Positions 1 through 7,674 of a stretch of DNA of 37,020 nt are shown one piece after another; position 1 is the stretch's first letter, and each line of letters starts with the position of its first letter. The notes beneath the pieces were generated by a model that was not told the origin of the DNA, did no database searches, and worked only from the letters and a program-made list of their open reading frames with translations. This DNA comes from a virus (Duplodnaviria > Caudoviricetes): the IMG/VR virus record IMGVR_UViG_3300011337_000066, positions 1 to 37,020 of that record. One strand, given 5' to 3'. A program made the position numbers and the translations under genes.

Positions 1-2
1 GC

Positions 3-1400
3 ATTGAGCGTGGCATCTACCGCAAAGTAGACATTACGCCCACTTATGAAGCTACTGACTTGGAACCCACCCAAGAGGTGAGTCAGTATCAGGATGAAAA
101 GGTGCTTTTGCTAACCTACTATGGTCTGGTTCCCCGTGAGTACCTAGAGAACCTTGAAGAGAACAAGAATATTGTTGATTTGTTCCCTGAGAGTTCCGCT
201 GCTGAAGAATATTCAGACATGGTTGAAGCCATTGTCGTAATTGCCAACGATGGGCAGTTGCTCAAAGCAGAGGCAAATCCTTACATGATGAAGGATCGTC
301 CTGTTCTGACCTACCAAGATGATACTGTTCCTAATCGTCTGCTTGGGCGTGGCACAGTGGAAAAAGCCTTCAATATGCAAAAGGCTATTGATGCTCAGAT
401 TCGTTCTCACTTGGATTCATTGGCGCTGACCACCAGCCCCATGATTGCCATGGACGCAACCCGTCTGCCCCGTGGTGCCAAGTTTGAAGTCAAGCCTGGG
501 AAAGCCATTCTTACCAATGGCGCACCTTCAGAGATTCTGTATCCCTTTAAGTTTGGGCAGACTGATGGCAATAACCTAGCCACTGCCAAGGATTTTGAGC
601 GTATGCTCCTGCAATCCACGGGAACCTTGGATTCTCAAGGTATGGTCAGTGCTGGTGCTAGAGACATGGGCCAAGGCGGTATGTCGATGGCAGTTGCCAC
701 CATCATCAAGAAGTACAAGCGTACTTTGGTGAACTTCCAAGAAGACTTCCTGATTCCTTTCATTCAGAAGGCGGCTTTCAGGTATATGCAGTTTGACCCA
801 GAGCGTTACCCCTCTGTGGACATGACCTTCATTCCTACTGCCACTTTGGGCATCATTGCCCGTGAGCATGAGCAACAGATGTTCATTGGCTTGCTCCAGA
901 CTCTTGGCCCTAACACCCCTGTGTTGCCATTGATTCTTAAAGGTGTTTTGGCTAATTCTTCTTTGACCAACCGCTATGAACTGATGGAGCAGTTGGACAA
1001 GATGAGCCAACCTAATCCTCAAGCAGAGCAAATGCAACAAATGCAACAGCAGTTGGCTATGCAAGCTGCACAGGCTCAGATTGCTGTTAATACTACTGCG
1101 GCAGAGCAAAATAGGGCTGAAGCACAGAAATTGATGGTTGAGACTCAGTTGATGCCTCAAGAGGCGCAAGCCAAGAGCATGGCGGCAATGACCAAGAACC
1201 TGCCAAACCAAGATGATGCTGGTTCAAAGGAGTTTGACAAGCGGGTTAAGATTGCTGAATTGATGCTGAAAGAAGCTGATATTAAGAACAAGTCTAAAAT
1301 TGTTGAATTACAGATGAATAACGCAAAGAACACTGTAGTAGATATGGAAAACGAGTTTTTACAAAACTTAAATCAGGAGTTGGCAAATGGCAATAGATAA
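3..1400 (+). CDS. Portal protein of phage A (5'-truncated by window edge)
   Basis: Frame is open from the window start. Portal-like segments (GRGTVEKAFNMQKAIDAQIRSHLDSLAL; KRTLVNFQEDFLIPFIQKAAFRYMQF) and a Gln-rich coiled-coil C-terminus as in P22-like portals. Confidence 0.85.
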   Translation: MERGIYRKVDITPTYEATDLEPTQEVSQYQDEKVLLLTYYGLVPREYLENLEENKNIVDLFPESSAAEEYSDMVEAIVVIANDGQLLKAEANPYMMKDRPVLTYQDDTVPNRLLGRGTVEKAFNMQKAIDAQIRSHLDSLALTTSPMIAMDATRLPRGAKFEVKPGKAILTNGAPSEILYPFKFGQTDGNNLATAKDFERMLLQSTGTLDSQGMVSAGARDMGQGGMSMAVATIIKKYKRTLVNFQEDFLIPFIQKAAFRYMQFDPERYPSVDMTFIPTATLGIIAREHEQQMFIGLLQTLGPNTPVLPLILKGVLANSSLTNRYELMEQLDKMSQPNPQAEQMQQMQQQLAMQAAQAQIAVNTTAAEQNRAEAQKLMVETQLMPQEAQAKSMAAMTKNLPNQDDAGSKEFDKRVKIAELMLKEADIKNKSKIVELQMNNAKNTVVDMENEFLQNLNQELANGNR

Positions 1401-3093
1401 AATCTTCAATGATGAGAATGTAGATGGCATTGCAGATAATATCTTTAATGCGGTAAACAACTCTGTATCCGAAGTCAAGCAAATGCAACAGCGTAAGGCG
1501 GCTGAGAATGCTCAAATGGTTGTCCAATCCCTTAAGAAGATTGACACAGACATTCGTAGTAAGTTTGACAACGTAACCGATGTTCTTGAGAAGCGCATCA
1601 TCAATATCAAGGATGGTCGTGACGGGTCTAATGGTAAAGACGGGCGTGATGGTAAAGATGGGCGTGATGGTAAAGATGGAATCAATGGTAAGCAAGGGCC
1701 ACAAGGACTAAAAGGTCAAGATGGATTAGATGGTCTTGATGGTATATCTGTAGCCAATGCAAACATTGACTTTGATGGTTCTTTGGTTATTAGCCTGTCT
1801 GATGGTCGAGAGATAAATGTTGGTGAGGTTGTATCTGCTGACGTTGCTGAAAAGATTAAAGTCATCAGCACCATGTCCACCAATGCGGCTATTGACGTAA
1901 AGGAAGAAGGAACAACAATTACCAATGGTGTAAAAAGTTTAAATTTTGTTGGTGCTGGTATTACGGCAACTACATCAGGAGATGATGTAACAGTTACTGT
2001 AGCGGGTGGCGGCGGTTCTGGCACTGTCACAAGTGTGGCGGCAACAGTCCCTACATTCTTATCGGTTACCGGTTCTCCAGTTACAACAAGCGGAACATTG
2101 GCAATTAGTTTGTCGGGTACAGCATTACCTGTTCTTAATGGTGGTACTGGTGTTACCACAAGTACAGGTACTGGCAATGTTGTTTTATCAACTAGTCCTA
2201 CCTTAATTACTCCTGTTTTGGGGACACCAACATCAGTTACTTTAACTAATGCTACAGGTCTTCCTATCTCCACTGGAGTCAGTGGCTTAGGCACTAGTGT
2301 AGCTACAGCCTTAGCTGTTAACACAGGCACTGCTGGTGCTTTTGTGGTTAATGGTGGTGCATTAGGTACTCCATCAAGCGGCACTGTTACTAACTTAACT
2401 GGCACAGCTTCAATCAACATCAACGGCACAGTAGGCGCTACTACTGCTTCTAGTGGTGCTTTTACTACCTTATCAGCTACAGGTGTCACAACTGTGCAAG
2501 CTGGAACAGCAGCAGCCCCTGCTATCACCACCACAGGCGACACCAACACAGGCATATTCTTCCCTGCGGCTGACACCCTTGCCTTTGCTGAAGGCGGTGC
2601 GGAAGTGGCAAGGTTTGATAGCGCTGGTAACTTTATATATAGCCAATCCTCTTTGGCTTGTTATGTATGGACTGCGTTTAATCCAACAAATACATCTGGC
2701 ACAACCACCAATGCACCTGCTACGGGTACAGGTTATGATACTGGGTTTGTGACAATGGTCAATTCATCTGGCACTCTTACCATTACTTTTGATATTGCTG
2801 GAAAATATCTTGTAAGCACGAATTTACAAACATCACACGCAAATACTTATTCAAACGAACGCTCAATATTTACTTTGGGTGGAACGGCGACAACAGCAAC
2901 AGGAACACAAGACCCAACATTTTCGGGGATTGATTCTGTAGATGCAAATACAACTGCAACATATCCAATATATGTGTCTGCAACTGCGGCGCAAACAATG
3001 ACAATATTGCCGACATACGAGTTAACTGGTAGTGGCACAACGGCACAGCATACTTGTCGCCCATCTGTAACTATTCAATACTGCGGAGGATAA
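1387..3093 (+). CDS. Fibre-like virion protein of phage A (coiled coil, collagen-like repeat, Thr/Gly-rich shaft, shared C-terminal tip)
   Basis: G-X-Y run, GSGTVTSV and PVLGTPTSVTLTNATGLP fibre motifs, GDTNTGIFFPAADTLAF motif. The last ~155 aa are nearly identical to 34484..35554. Confidence 0.8.
   Translation: MAIDKIFNDENVDGIADNIFNAVNNSVSEVKQMQQRKAAENAQMVVQSLKKIDTDIRSKFDNVTDVLEKRIINIKDGRDGSNGKDGRDGKDGRDGKDGINGKQGPQGLKGQDGLDGLDGISVANANIDFDGSLVISLSDGREINVGEVVSADVAEKIKVISTMSTNAAIDVKEEGTTITNGVKSLNFVGAGITATTSGDDVTVTVAGGGGSGTVTSVAATVPTFLSVTGSPVTTSGTLAISLSGTALPVLNGGTGVTTSTGTGNVVLSTSPTLITPVLGTPTSVTLTNATGLPISTGVSGLGTSVATALAVNTGTAGAFVVNGGALGTPSSGTVTNLTGTASININGTVGATTASSGAFTTLSATGVTTVQAGTAAAPAITTTGDTNTGIFFPAADTLAFAEGGAEVARFDSAGNFIYSQSSLACYVWTAFNPTNTSGTTTNAPATGTGYDTGFVTMVNSSGTLTITFDIAGKYLVSTNLQTSHANTYSNERSIFTLGGTATTATGTQDPTFSGIDSVDANTTATYPIYVSATAAQTMTILPTYELTGSGTTAQHTCRPSVTIQYCGG
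1612..1743 (+). repeat. Collagen-like G-X-Y coding repeat (9/18-bp periodicity)
   Basis: GRDGSNGKDGRDGKDGRDGKDGINGKQGPQGLKGQDGLDGLDG; repeated ggtaaaga(c/t)gggcgtgat. Confidence 0.9.
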
Positions 3094-3096
3094 ACA

Positions 3097-3327
3097 ATGT
3101 CATACGACTCAAACACACTTGCTCAATTTGAAATGCGTAAATTGCGCAATGTTTTTTTAAGAGCATCAGATTGGACTCAAATGGCTGATTCGCCTTTGAC
3201 TTCCGAAAAGAAAACAGAGTGGTCGGCATATCGACAGTTACTTCGTGATTTGCCAAACAACAGCACTCCAACACTTGATAAAGATAAAAATCTTGTTGGT
3301 GTAGTTTTTCCAACGCAACCGCAGTAA
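3097..3327 (+). CDS. Phage tail fibre assembly chaperone (copy 1)
   Basis: RxxRNxxLxxSDWTQMADSP...WxxYRQxLRDLP...FPxxP signature, immediately after a fibre gene. Confidence 0.85.
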   Translation: MSYDSNTLAQFEMRKLRNVFLRASDWTQMADSPLTSEKKTEWSAYRQLLRDLPNNSTPTLDKDKNLVGVVFPTQPQ

Positions 3328-3388
3328 AGAACAGCAAGCCCTCATCACAACCCTAACCGCCCGTATCACTGCACTGGAGTCAGCATGA
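3326..3388 (+). pseudogene. Relic 3' end of a previous tail-fibre gene (KEQQALITTLTARITALESA*)
   Basis: Start-less 20-codon frame resembling the coiled-coil end of fibre intramolecular-chaperone domains; its TGA overlaps the next ATG (ATGA, 3385-3388). Confidence 0.7.
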
Positions 3389-3675
3389 TTACTTGGAACA
3401 TCAGTCAACTTGACCGACAAACCTCTGATGGTTTTGTGACGGTTGCACATTGGCAAGCCACTGCAACAGATGGGGATTACTCTGCATCTGTGTATAACAC
3501 TTGCTCATGGAGTGATGGCACTGCAACCATTCCCTATGCCTCTCTGATGAAAGAAACTGTCTTAGGATGGATTTGGGCCAATGGTGTGGATAAAGACGCT
3601 GTTGAGGCTTCTTTGAATGCTCAGATTGAATTGAAGAAAAACCCCGTAACCGCAGTAGGTGTACCTTGGAACTAA
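3385..3675 (+). CDS. Small conserved tail-associated phage protein (copy 1)
   Basis: MITWNI...V..AHW...A.DG...YASL..ETVLGW...GVPW pattern, downstream of fibre genes. Confidence 0.75.
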   Translation: MITWNISQLDRQTSDGFVTVAHWQATATDGDYSASVYNTCSWSDGTATIPYASLMKETVLGWIWANGVDKDAVEASLNAQIELKKNPVTAVGVPWN

Positions 3676-3809
3676 ATCTCACCGTTGAAGAAGTAAACAA
3701 CATTCTTCATGTGTTGGGCGAACTTCCCACCCGCATGAATGCCTATCCTCTATTGATGAAAATCAAAGAGCAAGCGGAGGCTCAGTTACCGAAAGAGCAA
3801 AGTGAGTGA
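3666..3809 (+). CDS. Small hypothetical protein (47 aa, not in ORF track)
   Basis: TTG start, MELNLTVEEVNNILHVLGELPTRMNAYPLLMKIKEQAEAQLPKEQSE; fills the gap and overlaps both neighbours. Confidence 0.65.
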   Translation: MELNLTVEEVNNILHVLGELPTRMNAYPLLMKIKEQAEAQLPKEQSE

Positions 3810-3999
3810 AGATGTTGACAAGCGATTAGCAGTGCATGAGGCGATTTGCGCTGAACGCTACATCAAGATAGTCGATCAACTATCTGATGGGTCTAAGCGC
3901 ATGAGCAAGATTGAATATCTGCTTTACGCTGTGATTCTCGCTGTGTTGCTTGGCCCCGGCGTTGCGGCTGATTTCGTAAAGAAACTATTGGGGATTTGA
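3802..3999 (+). CDS. Small membrane protein (coiled coil plus C-terminal TM), lysis-region
   Basis: HEAICAERY motif followed by hydrophobic YLLYAVILAVLLGPG. Confidence 0.7.
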   Translation: MSEDVDKRLAVHEAICAERYIKIVDQLSDGSKRMSKIEYLLYAVILAVLLGPGVAADFVKKLLGI

Positions 4000-4000
4000 A

Positions 4001-4702
4001 ATTGACCCTCTCACGCTATTGGCAATGGCAAATGGATGTGTTGCTGCCATCCGAAAAGGGTGTGAGTTATACAAAGATGTTAAGGGCACGATTTCAGCGG
4101 CGCAAAAGACTGCTAAGGAAGTCACTGCGATTGCAGAGGAGGTTGGTGGGTTCTTTGGTTTCTTCAAGAAGAAGAAAAAGCCTACTGATAAACCCGTTGA
4201 TGCTCCAAAGCCAAAGAAAGCAGAACCCGAAGTTTGGGATGAGAATAAAGTCGTTGCTGATTTGGCGGCTAATCTCGGACAGTTCTTCAAGATTCAGCAG
4301 CAGCTTGCAGACCATATTCGTGAAGAAGAAGAAAAGTCTAAAAATGTTTATGACCCAAATCAGAACATCATGGAATCTGCTCTTAACCGAGAACTGGCAA
4401 AAACTCAGTTTGAGAAGCTATCTAAGGAAATCAGAGAGATCATGGTGTATCAATCTCCCAAAGAATTAGGGAACTTGTATACACGGGTGAACCAAATGAG
4501 GGTTCAGATCATTGAAGAACAAGAGCAAGCAAGATTGGCACAAGAAAAAAGGATTCGTGAGGCAGAATGGAAACGGCGAAAAGTAATTTCGGCAATTCAA
4601 GACAAGGCCATCTATGGGGCCATTTGCCTAATATTTCTGCTGTATCTGACTCTGTTTTTCAGCTTGCTAGTTATGGACAGAAAAGTAAGATGGGGTTTCT
4701 AG
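4001..4702 (+). CDS. Coiled-coil protein with C-terminal TM segment (start ATT 4001 or ATG 4028 uncertain)
   Basis: ORF 4019..4702 extends upstream to ATT-GAC-CCT (xDPLTLLAMA); hydrophobic C-terminus. Confidence 0.7.
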   Translation: MDPLTLLAMANGCVAAIRKGCELYKDVKGTISAAQKTAKEVTAIAEEVGGFFGFFKKKKKPTDKPVDAPKPKKAEPEVWDENKVVADLAANLGQFFKIQQQLADHIREEEEKSKNVYDPNQNIMESALNRELAKTQFEKLSKEIREIMVYQSPKELGNLYTRVNQMRVQIIEEQEQARLAQEKRIREAEWKRRKVISAIQDKAIYGAICLIFLLYLTLFFSLLVMDRKVRWGF

Positions 4703-4884
4703 TCGCACTCGTTTGTATGGTGATTGTGTTCGCCTTGATGCTTCCTTTGATCGGCAGCATTTATTACGACACGCTTGCTGTGCAGAAAGAAAGCAAAATG
4801 CAGATCGAGAGGATGGAGCGACTCCGCCAACAGCTAGAGCAAGACCGTAAAGATTTGGACAGAATGAAAAATGAGTCAAAATAA
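4690..4884 (+). CDS. Small membrane-anchored coiled-coil protein
   Basis: MGFLVALVCMVIVFALMLPLIG N-terminal TM, then a charged helix. Confidence 0.6.
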   Translation: MGFLVALVCMVIVFALMLPLIGSIYYDTLAVQKESKMQIERMERLRQQLEQDRKDLDRMKNESK

Positions 4885-4954
4885 ATTCTTGTGGTGCGTG
4901 ATTGTCATATCCATTGCGGTGGTTCTTTTACTGAGTGGATGTGAAATTGTTTAA
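4871..4954 (+). pseudogene. Orphaned 5' end of a lipoprotein gene (MSQNKFLWCVIVISIAVVLLLSGCEIV*)
   Basis: Signal peptide with LSGC lipobox, stopping three residues after the Cys where the HNH cassette begins. Confidence 0.65.
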
Positions 4955-4965
4955 GTTAAAATGCA

Positions 4966-4997
4966 AAATGCCAAACGGCGGGAACCGAATGGCATTT
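4966..4997 (+). promoter_or_regulatory. Hairpin in leader of the HNH gene, after a TAAAAT -10-like box
   Basis: AAATGCCA/TGGCATTT outer stem and CGG/CCG inner stem; AAGGAG RBS follows. Confidence 0.55.
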
Positions 4998-5024
4998 CTA
5001 ACCAACACGATGAAGGAGCATCAA

Positions 5025-5528
5025 ATGGCTGAGAAAATTTTATCACGAGATAGATTGTGCGAACTGCTAGAAGTTGACACAGAAAATGGCATTTTCACTT
5101 GGCGGCACACAATGGGTGGTCGGGCCAAGAAAGGTCAGCAAGCTGGCGCGTTAGGTGCTAATGGTTATGTCTCCATAGGCATTGACCAAAAAGATTTTTT
5201 GGCACATCGTTTAATGTGGCTTTATGTATATGGCGCAATCCCTTTGCTTCAAATAGACCACATTGACAGAAACAGAACCAACAACAAACCTATTAATTTA
5301 CGACTTGCCACACAAAAGCAAAATAGCGAGAACATCTATCGTATAAAAACAAATACATCCGGTTACCGCGGTGTTCGGTGTGAAAGCAGACTTTCCTCAA
5401 AACCGTGGTCAGCAACAATCACGCATAACTATAAACAAAAACATCTTGGTTATTATGCAACTGTTGAAGAAGCGGTAACAGCACGCAAAGCTGCGGAAGA
5501 TTTATATTTCACACACCATATGCCATGA
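5025..5528 (+). CDS. HNH homing endonuclease with C-terminal AP2-like DNA-binding domain
   Basis: AHRLMWLYVYG...IDHIDRNRTNNKPINLRLATQKQN (HNH) and NTSGYRGV...WSATI...HLGYY..EEAV.AR..AE (AP2); AAGGAG RBS before ATG 5025. Confidence 0.93.
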   Translation: MAEKILSRDRLCELLEVDTENGIFTWRHTMGGRAKKGQQAGALGANGYVSIGIDQKDFLAHRLMWLYVYGAIPLLQIDHIDRNRTNNKPINLRLATQKQNSENIYRIKTNTSGYRGVRCESRLSSKPWSATITHNYKQKHLGYYATVEEAVTARKAAEDLYFTHHMP

Positions 5529-5752
5529 TTAAAAAACTAAGTTTTATATTGTTGGCAATAAGTGCATTAACGGCTTGTTTTGAAGACAGGTACCGCTATA
5601 TTTGTCAGAACCCCGACAAGTTTGATCTTCCCGAATGCCAAAAGCCAAAGTGTTTATTCACGCAGACTTGCCCCGAGTATCTAGTCGCCCCTATCTTGAC
5701 AAACAAGATTGAACCGCCCAAAGTTGAAAAGGCCGATGATGACAAAAAATAA
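5525..5752 (+). CDS. Cys-rich lipoprotein
   Basis: MIKKLSFILLAISALTAC lipobox; four further Cys in the mature part; ATGA overlap with the HNH stop. Confidence 0.75.
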   Translation: MIKKLSFILLAISALTACFEDRYRYICQNPDKFDLPECQKPKCLFTQTCPEYLVAPILTNKIEPPKVEKADDDKK

Positions 5753-6200
5753 ATACACACCCGAAGATTTAGAAGTCCGGATATGGGGCTTTGTGGTCGT
5801 GATGATTACGATCATTCTTTTCGGCATCGTCTTTGCACTGCTCTATAGTGTTACTTTCGTAGTACAACCTATCAAGAGTATGGCCCCGATAGATCAAGCC
5901 TACACAAAGATGCTGAACGACATTGTTCTTCTCATTGTTGGCGGCATCGGTGGAATCGTTGGTAAACGGGCTGTAGGGTCGATAAATAACGCAGTAAGCC
6001 CTACCCCAACAGTTTCAACGCCTTCTAGCCCACCTATAACGCCTCCTACGCCATCAAACGCTTTGCCCGTGTGGGTCAATCCTCCGCTTGATGAAAGTTG
6101 GGTTCCCCCACCTCCCCCCACTACCCCACCCCAACATCTAGAGGCTGATTCAGTGCGTGAAGAAATCGCTGCTGCTCGGCATGAGGTGAAGAATGGTTAA
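5736..6200 (+). CDS. Two-TM membrane protein with Pro-rich tail (holin candidate)
   Basis: Two hydrophobic segments; directly upstream of the spanins and endolysin. Confidence 0.55.
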   Translation: MMTKNKYTPEDLEVRIWGFVVVMITIILFGIVFALLYSVTFVVQPIKSMAPIDQAYTKMLNDIVLLIVGGIGGIVGKRAVGSINNAVSPTPTVSTPSSPPITPPTPSNALPVWVNPPLDESWVPPPPPTTPPQHLEADSVREEIAAARHEVKNG

Positions 6201-6684
6201 CCCATACTTCATCATTGGGGCGATGATTGCTGTGGGCGGTGCTTACGGCTACGGGCATCATGTTGGATGGGGAGACCGTGACGCTGAAATGCAAATCGAG
6301 ATCTCCAAAAAGAACGATGAAGCAAGAGAGAAAGAGCGCGAACTTGCCCAACAACTGAATGACCAATCAACCAAACTGTCGGAGGCCAATAATGTCATTA
6401 ATCAAAAGCAGTCTAGTCTTGATCGCGCTATTCGTGATGGTCGGTTGCGCCTCCAAACCACAAGTTGCGTACAAGCCACCACAAATGCCCCCACTCCCAC
6501 CGGAGATAGCCCAAAAGAGAGAAGTGAACCTAACCGACCGGTTTATGAAACTTCTGACTCCGACCGAGCAACACTCGCAGCAATCGCCGAAATCATCGCC
6601 CAAGGCGACAGAAACACGGCCCAACTAAATTCGTGCATTTCTGCTTACGAGAAAGCAATGGAGATCATCAATGGTAAACGCTGA
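6193..6684 (+). CDS. Rz: Inner-membrane spanin (Rz-like)
   Basis: N-terminal TM, coiled coil, G.LRL motif, C-terminal GD.NT.QLN.C; adjacent to the endolysin. Confidence 0.85.
   Translation: MVNPYFIIGAMIAVGGAYGYGHHVGWGDRDAEMQIEISKKNDEAREKERELAQQLNDQSTKLSEANNVINQKQSSLDRAIRDGRLRLQTTSCVQATTNAPTPTGDSPKERSEPNRPVYETSDSDRATLAAIAEIIAQGDRNTAQLNSCISAYEKAMEIINGKR
6392..6628 (+). CDS. Rz1: Outer-membrane spanin lipoprotein (Rz1-like), embedded in Rz in the +1 frame
   Basis: MSLIKSSLVLIALFVMVGC lipobox then Pro-rich KPPQMPPLPP; GGAGG upstream. Confidence 0.8.
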   Translation: MSLIKSSLVLIALFVMVGCASKPQVAYKPPQMPPLPPEIAQKREVNLTDRFMKLLTPTEQHSQQSPKSSPKATETRPN

Positions 6685-7264
6685 CCAACTAAAGAAACTC
6701 CATATTGGGGCTGAGTGGGTTGATGCACTCAATGAGACCTTTGTTAAGTTCGGCATTAACACCAAACGCCAACAAGCTGCCTTTATCGGTCAGTGCGGAC
6801 ACGAGTGCGGACACTTCAAGACATTGGAAGAGAACCTTTTCTATAGGGCTGAGACGCTAATGAAGCTGTGGCCTAAGAGGTTTCCCACTTTGGACTTTGC
6901 TAATCAGTACGCACGAAATCCTAAGAAGATCGCCAATATGGTCTATAGCGGTCGCATGGGCAACCGTGATGAGGCAAGTGGGGATGGGTATCGGTTTCGC
7001 GGTAGAGGCTGCATTCAGTTGACCGGACACGCTAACTACTTCCATGCCGGACAAGCACTCGGAGTAGATTTTGTGATGGAACCCGATCTAGTTGCCACAC
7101 CTAAATACGCTGCACTCACTGCCGGATGGTTTTGGTCTACGCATGATTGCAACCGTCTCGCGGAGGAAGCGAATTGGACGGCTCTCACAAAGAAGATTAA
7201 TGGTGGCGTGATAGGGTTTGACGATAGGATTAACCACACCAATCAAGCCTTATCGGTCTTGTGA
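6671..7264 (+). CDS. Endolysin, glycoside hydrolase family 19
   Basis: AAFIGQCGHECG.F..LEENL.Y, GDGYRFRGRGCIQLTG..NY, AGWFW, TKKINGG..G..DR. Confidence 0.93.
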   Translation: MVNADQLKKLHIGAEWVDALNETFVKFGINTKRQQAAFIGQCGHECGHFKTLEENLFYRAETLMKLWPKRFPTLDFANQYARNPKKIANMVYSGRMGNRDEASGDGYRFRGRGCIQLTGHANYFHAGQALGVDFVMEPDLVATPKYAALTAGWFWSTHDCNRLAEEANWTALTKKINGGVIGFDDRINHTNQALSVL

Positions 7265-7401
7265 CGCTTGACCATTCTGAGGACATTCTCATGTGATATG
7301 AAGCGATGCCCGTTATAGCACTCCCTTCGTCTGACAAGCATATTCTCCTCAGTTTTGGTGTGTTGAACAAACGAGATTGCTTTGCACTCGGGACACTTCA
7401 T
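7243..7401 (-). CDS. Small zinc-ribbon protein (NrdR N-terminal-like)
   Basis: MKCPEC...RRRECYNGHRF.S.E. Confidence 0.7.
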   Translation of the reverse strand: MKCPECKAISFVQHTKTEENMLVRRRECYNGHRFISHENVLRMVKRHKTDKA

Positions 7402-7420
7402 GCCGGAGTTATTGGTACTC

Positions 7421-7525
7421 TTAGGATTCATTGAGGGCAAGCCAAACCATAAAACAGATACAAAGAACAGATAGTGCGATTCCTAAGAACCCCAAAGCAA
7501 AGATAGTAAATATCGTCTCGATCAC
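7421..7525 (-). CDS. Small membrane peptide (34 aa)
   Basis: GTG start overlapping the upstream stop; almost wholly hydrophobic (IFTIFALGFLGIALSVLCICFMVWLAL). Confidence 0.45.
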   Translation of the reverse strand: MIETIFTIFALGFLGIALSVLCICFMVWLALNES

Positions 7526-7674
7526 ATCACACCCCTCATTTCCCAACCCAATAAAAAATAATTCCACCTTGTTGTCATATTGGCATTTGTGAACTTCTCA
7601 CCGTCCCATTCAAGTTCTGATTCAGCATAGCCTTTACCCGTCATGAGGGCAATAAAAACTTGTCGTGCTTTCAT
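7522..7674 (-). CDS. Hypothetical protein (50 aa)
   Basis: MKARQVFIALMTGKGY...WNYFLLGWEMRGVM; AAGGAG RBS and ATGA overlap. Confidence 0.65.
   Translation of the reverse strand: MKARQVFIALMTGKGYAESELEWDGEKFTNANMTTRWNYFLLGWEMRGVM

Larger units (their letters stand above)
2625..3669 (+). repeat. Long direct repeat, copy 1 (partner 35086..36130, offset 32,461 bp)
   Basis: Direct comparison: SNPs at 2642, 2676, 2709 and 2736; identical by eye over 2737-3437; more diverged over 3438-3669. Confidence 0.97.

Noticed and set aside
1716-2576. Long antisense ORF (286 aa) and similar shadows such as 576..1211, 21027..21584 and 32480..32992
   Set aside because: They lie opposite well-supported genes with biased codon use and show no independent motifs.
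2625-3437. Diversity-generating retroelement or invertible tail-fibre shufflon
   Set aside because: No reverse transcriptase or invertase; the repeats are direct, and the differences are not adenine-specific.
2625-3669. Repeats as attL/attR of an integrase-mediated prophage, or as terminal repeats
   Set aside because: They are ~1 kb of coding tail genes, no integrase is recognisable, and both flanks are phage rather than host DNA.
3996-4469. 157-aa alternative-frame ORF overlapping 4019..4702
   Set aside because: Arg/Leu/Ser-rich composition typical of an off-frame read; no RBS or motif.
4935-5024. N-terminal extension of the HNH ORF given in the ORF track
   Set aside because: A strong AAGGAG RBS precedes ATG 5025, and the extension covers the promoter and hairpin.
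4943-5584. Group I intron around the HNH gene
   Set aside because: Too little non-coding sequence for a catalytic core, no U/G splice junction restoring the frame, and the downstream part has its own start and signal peptide.
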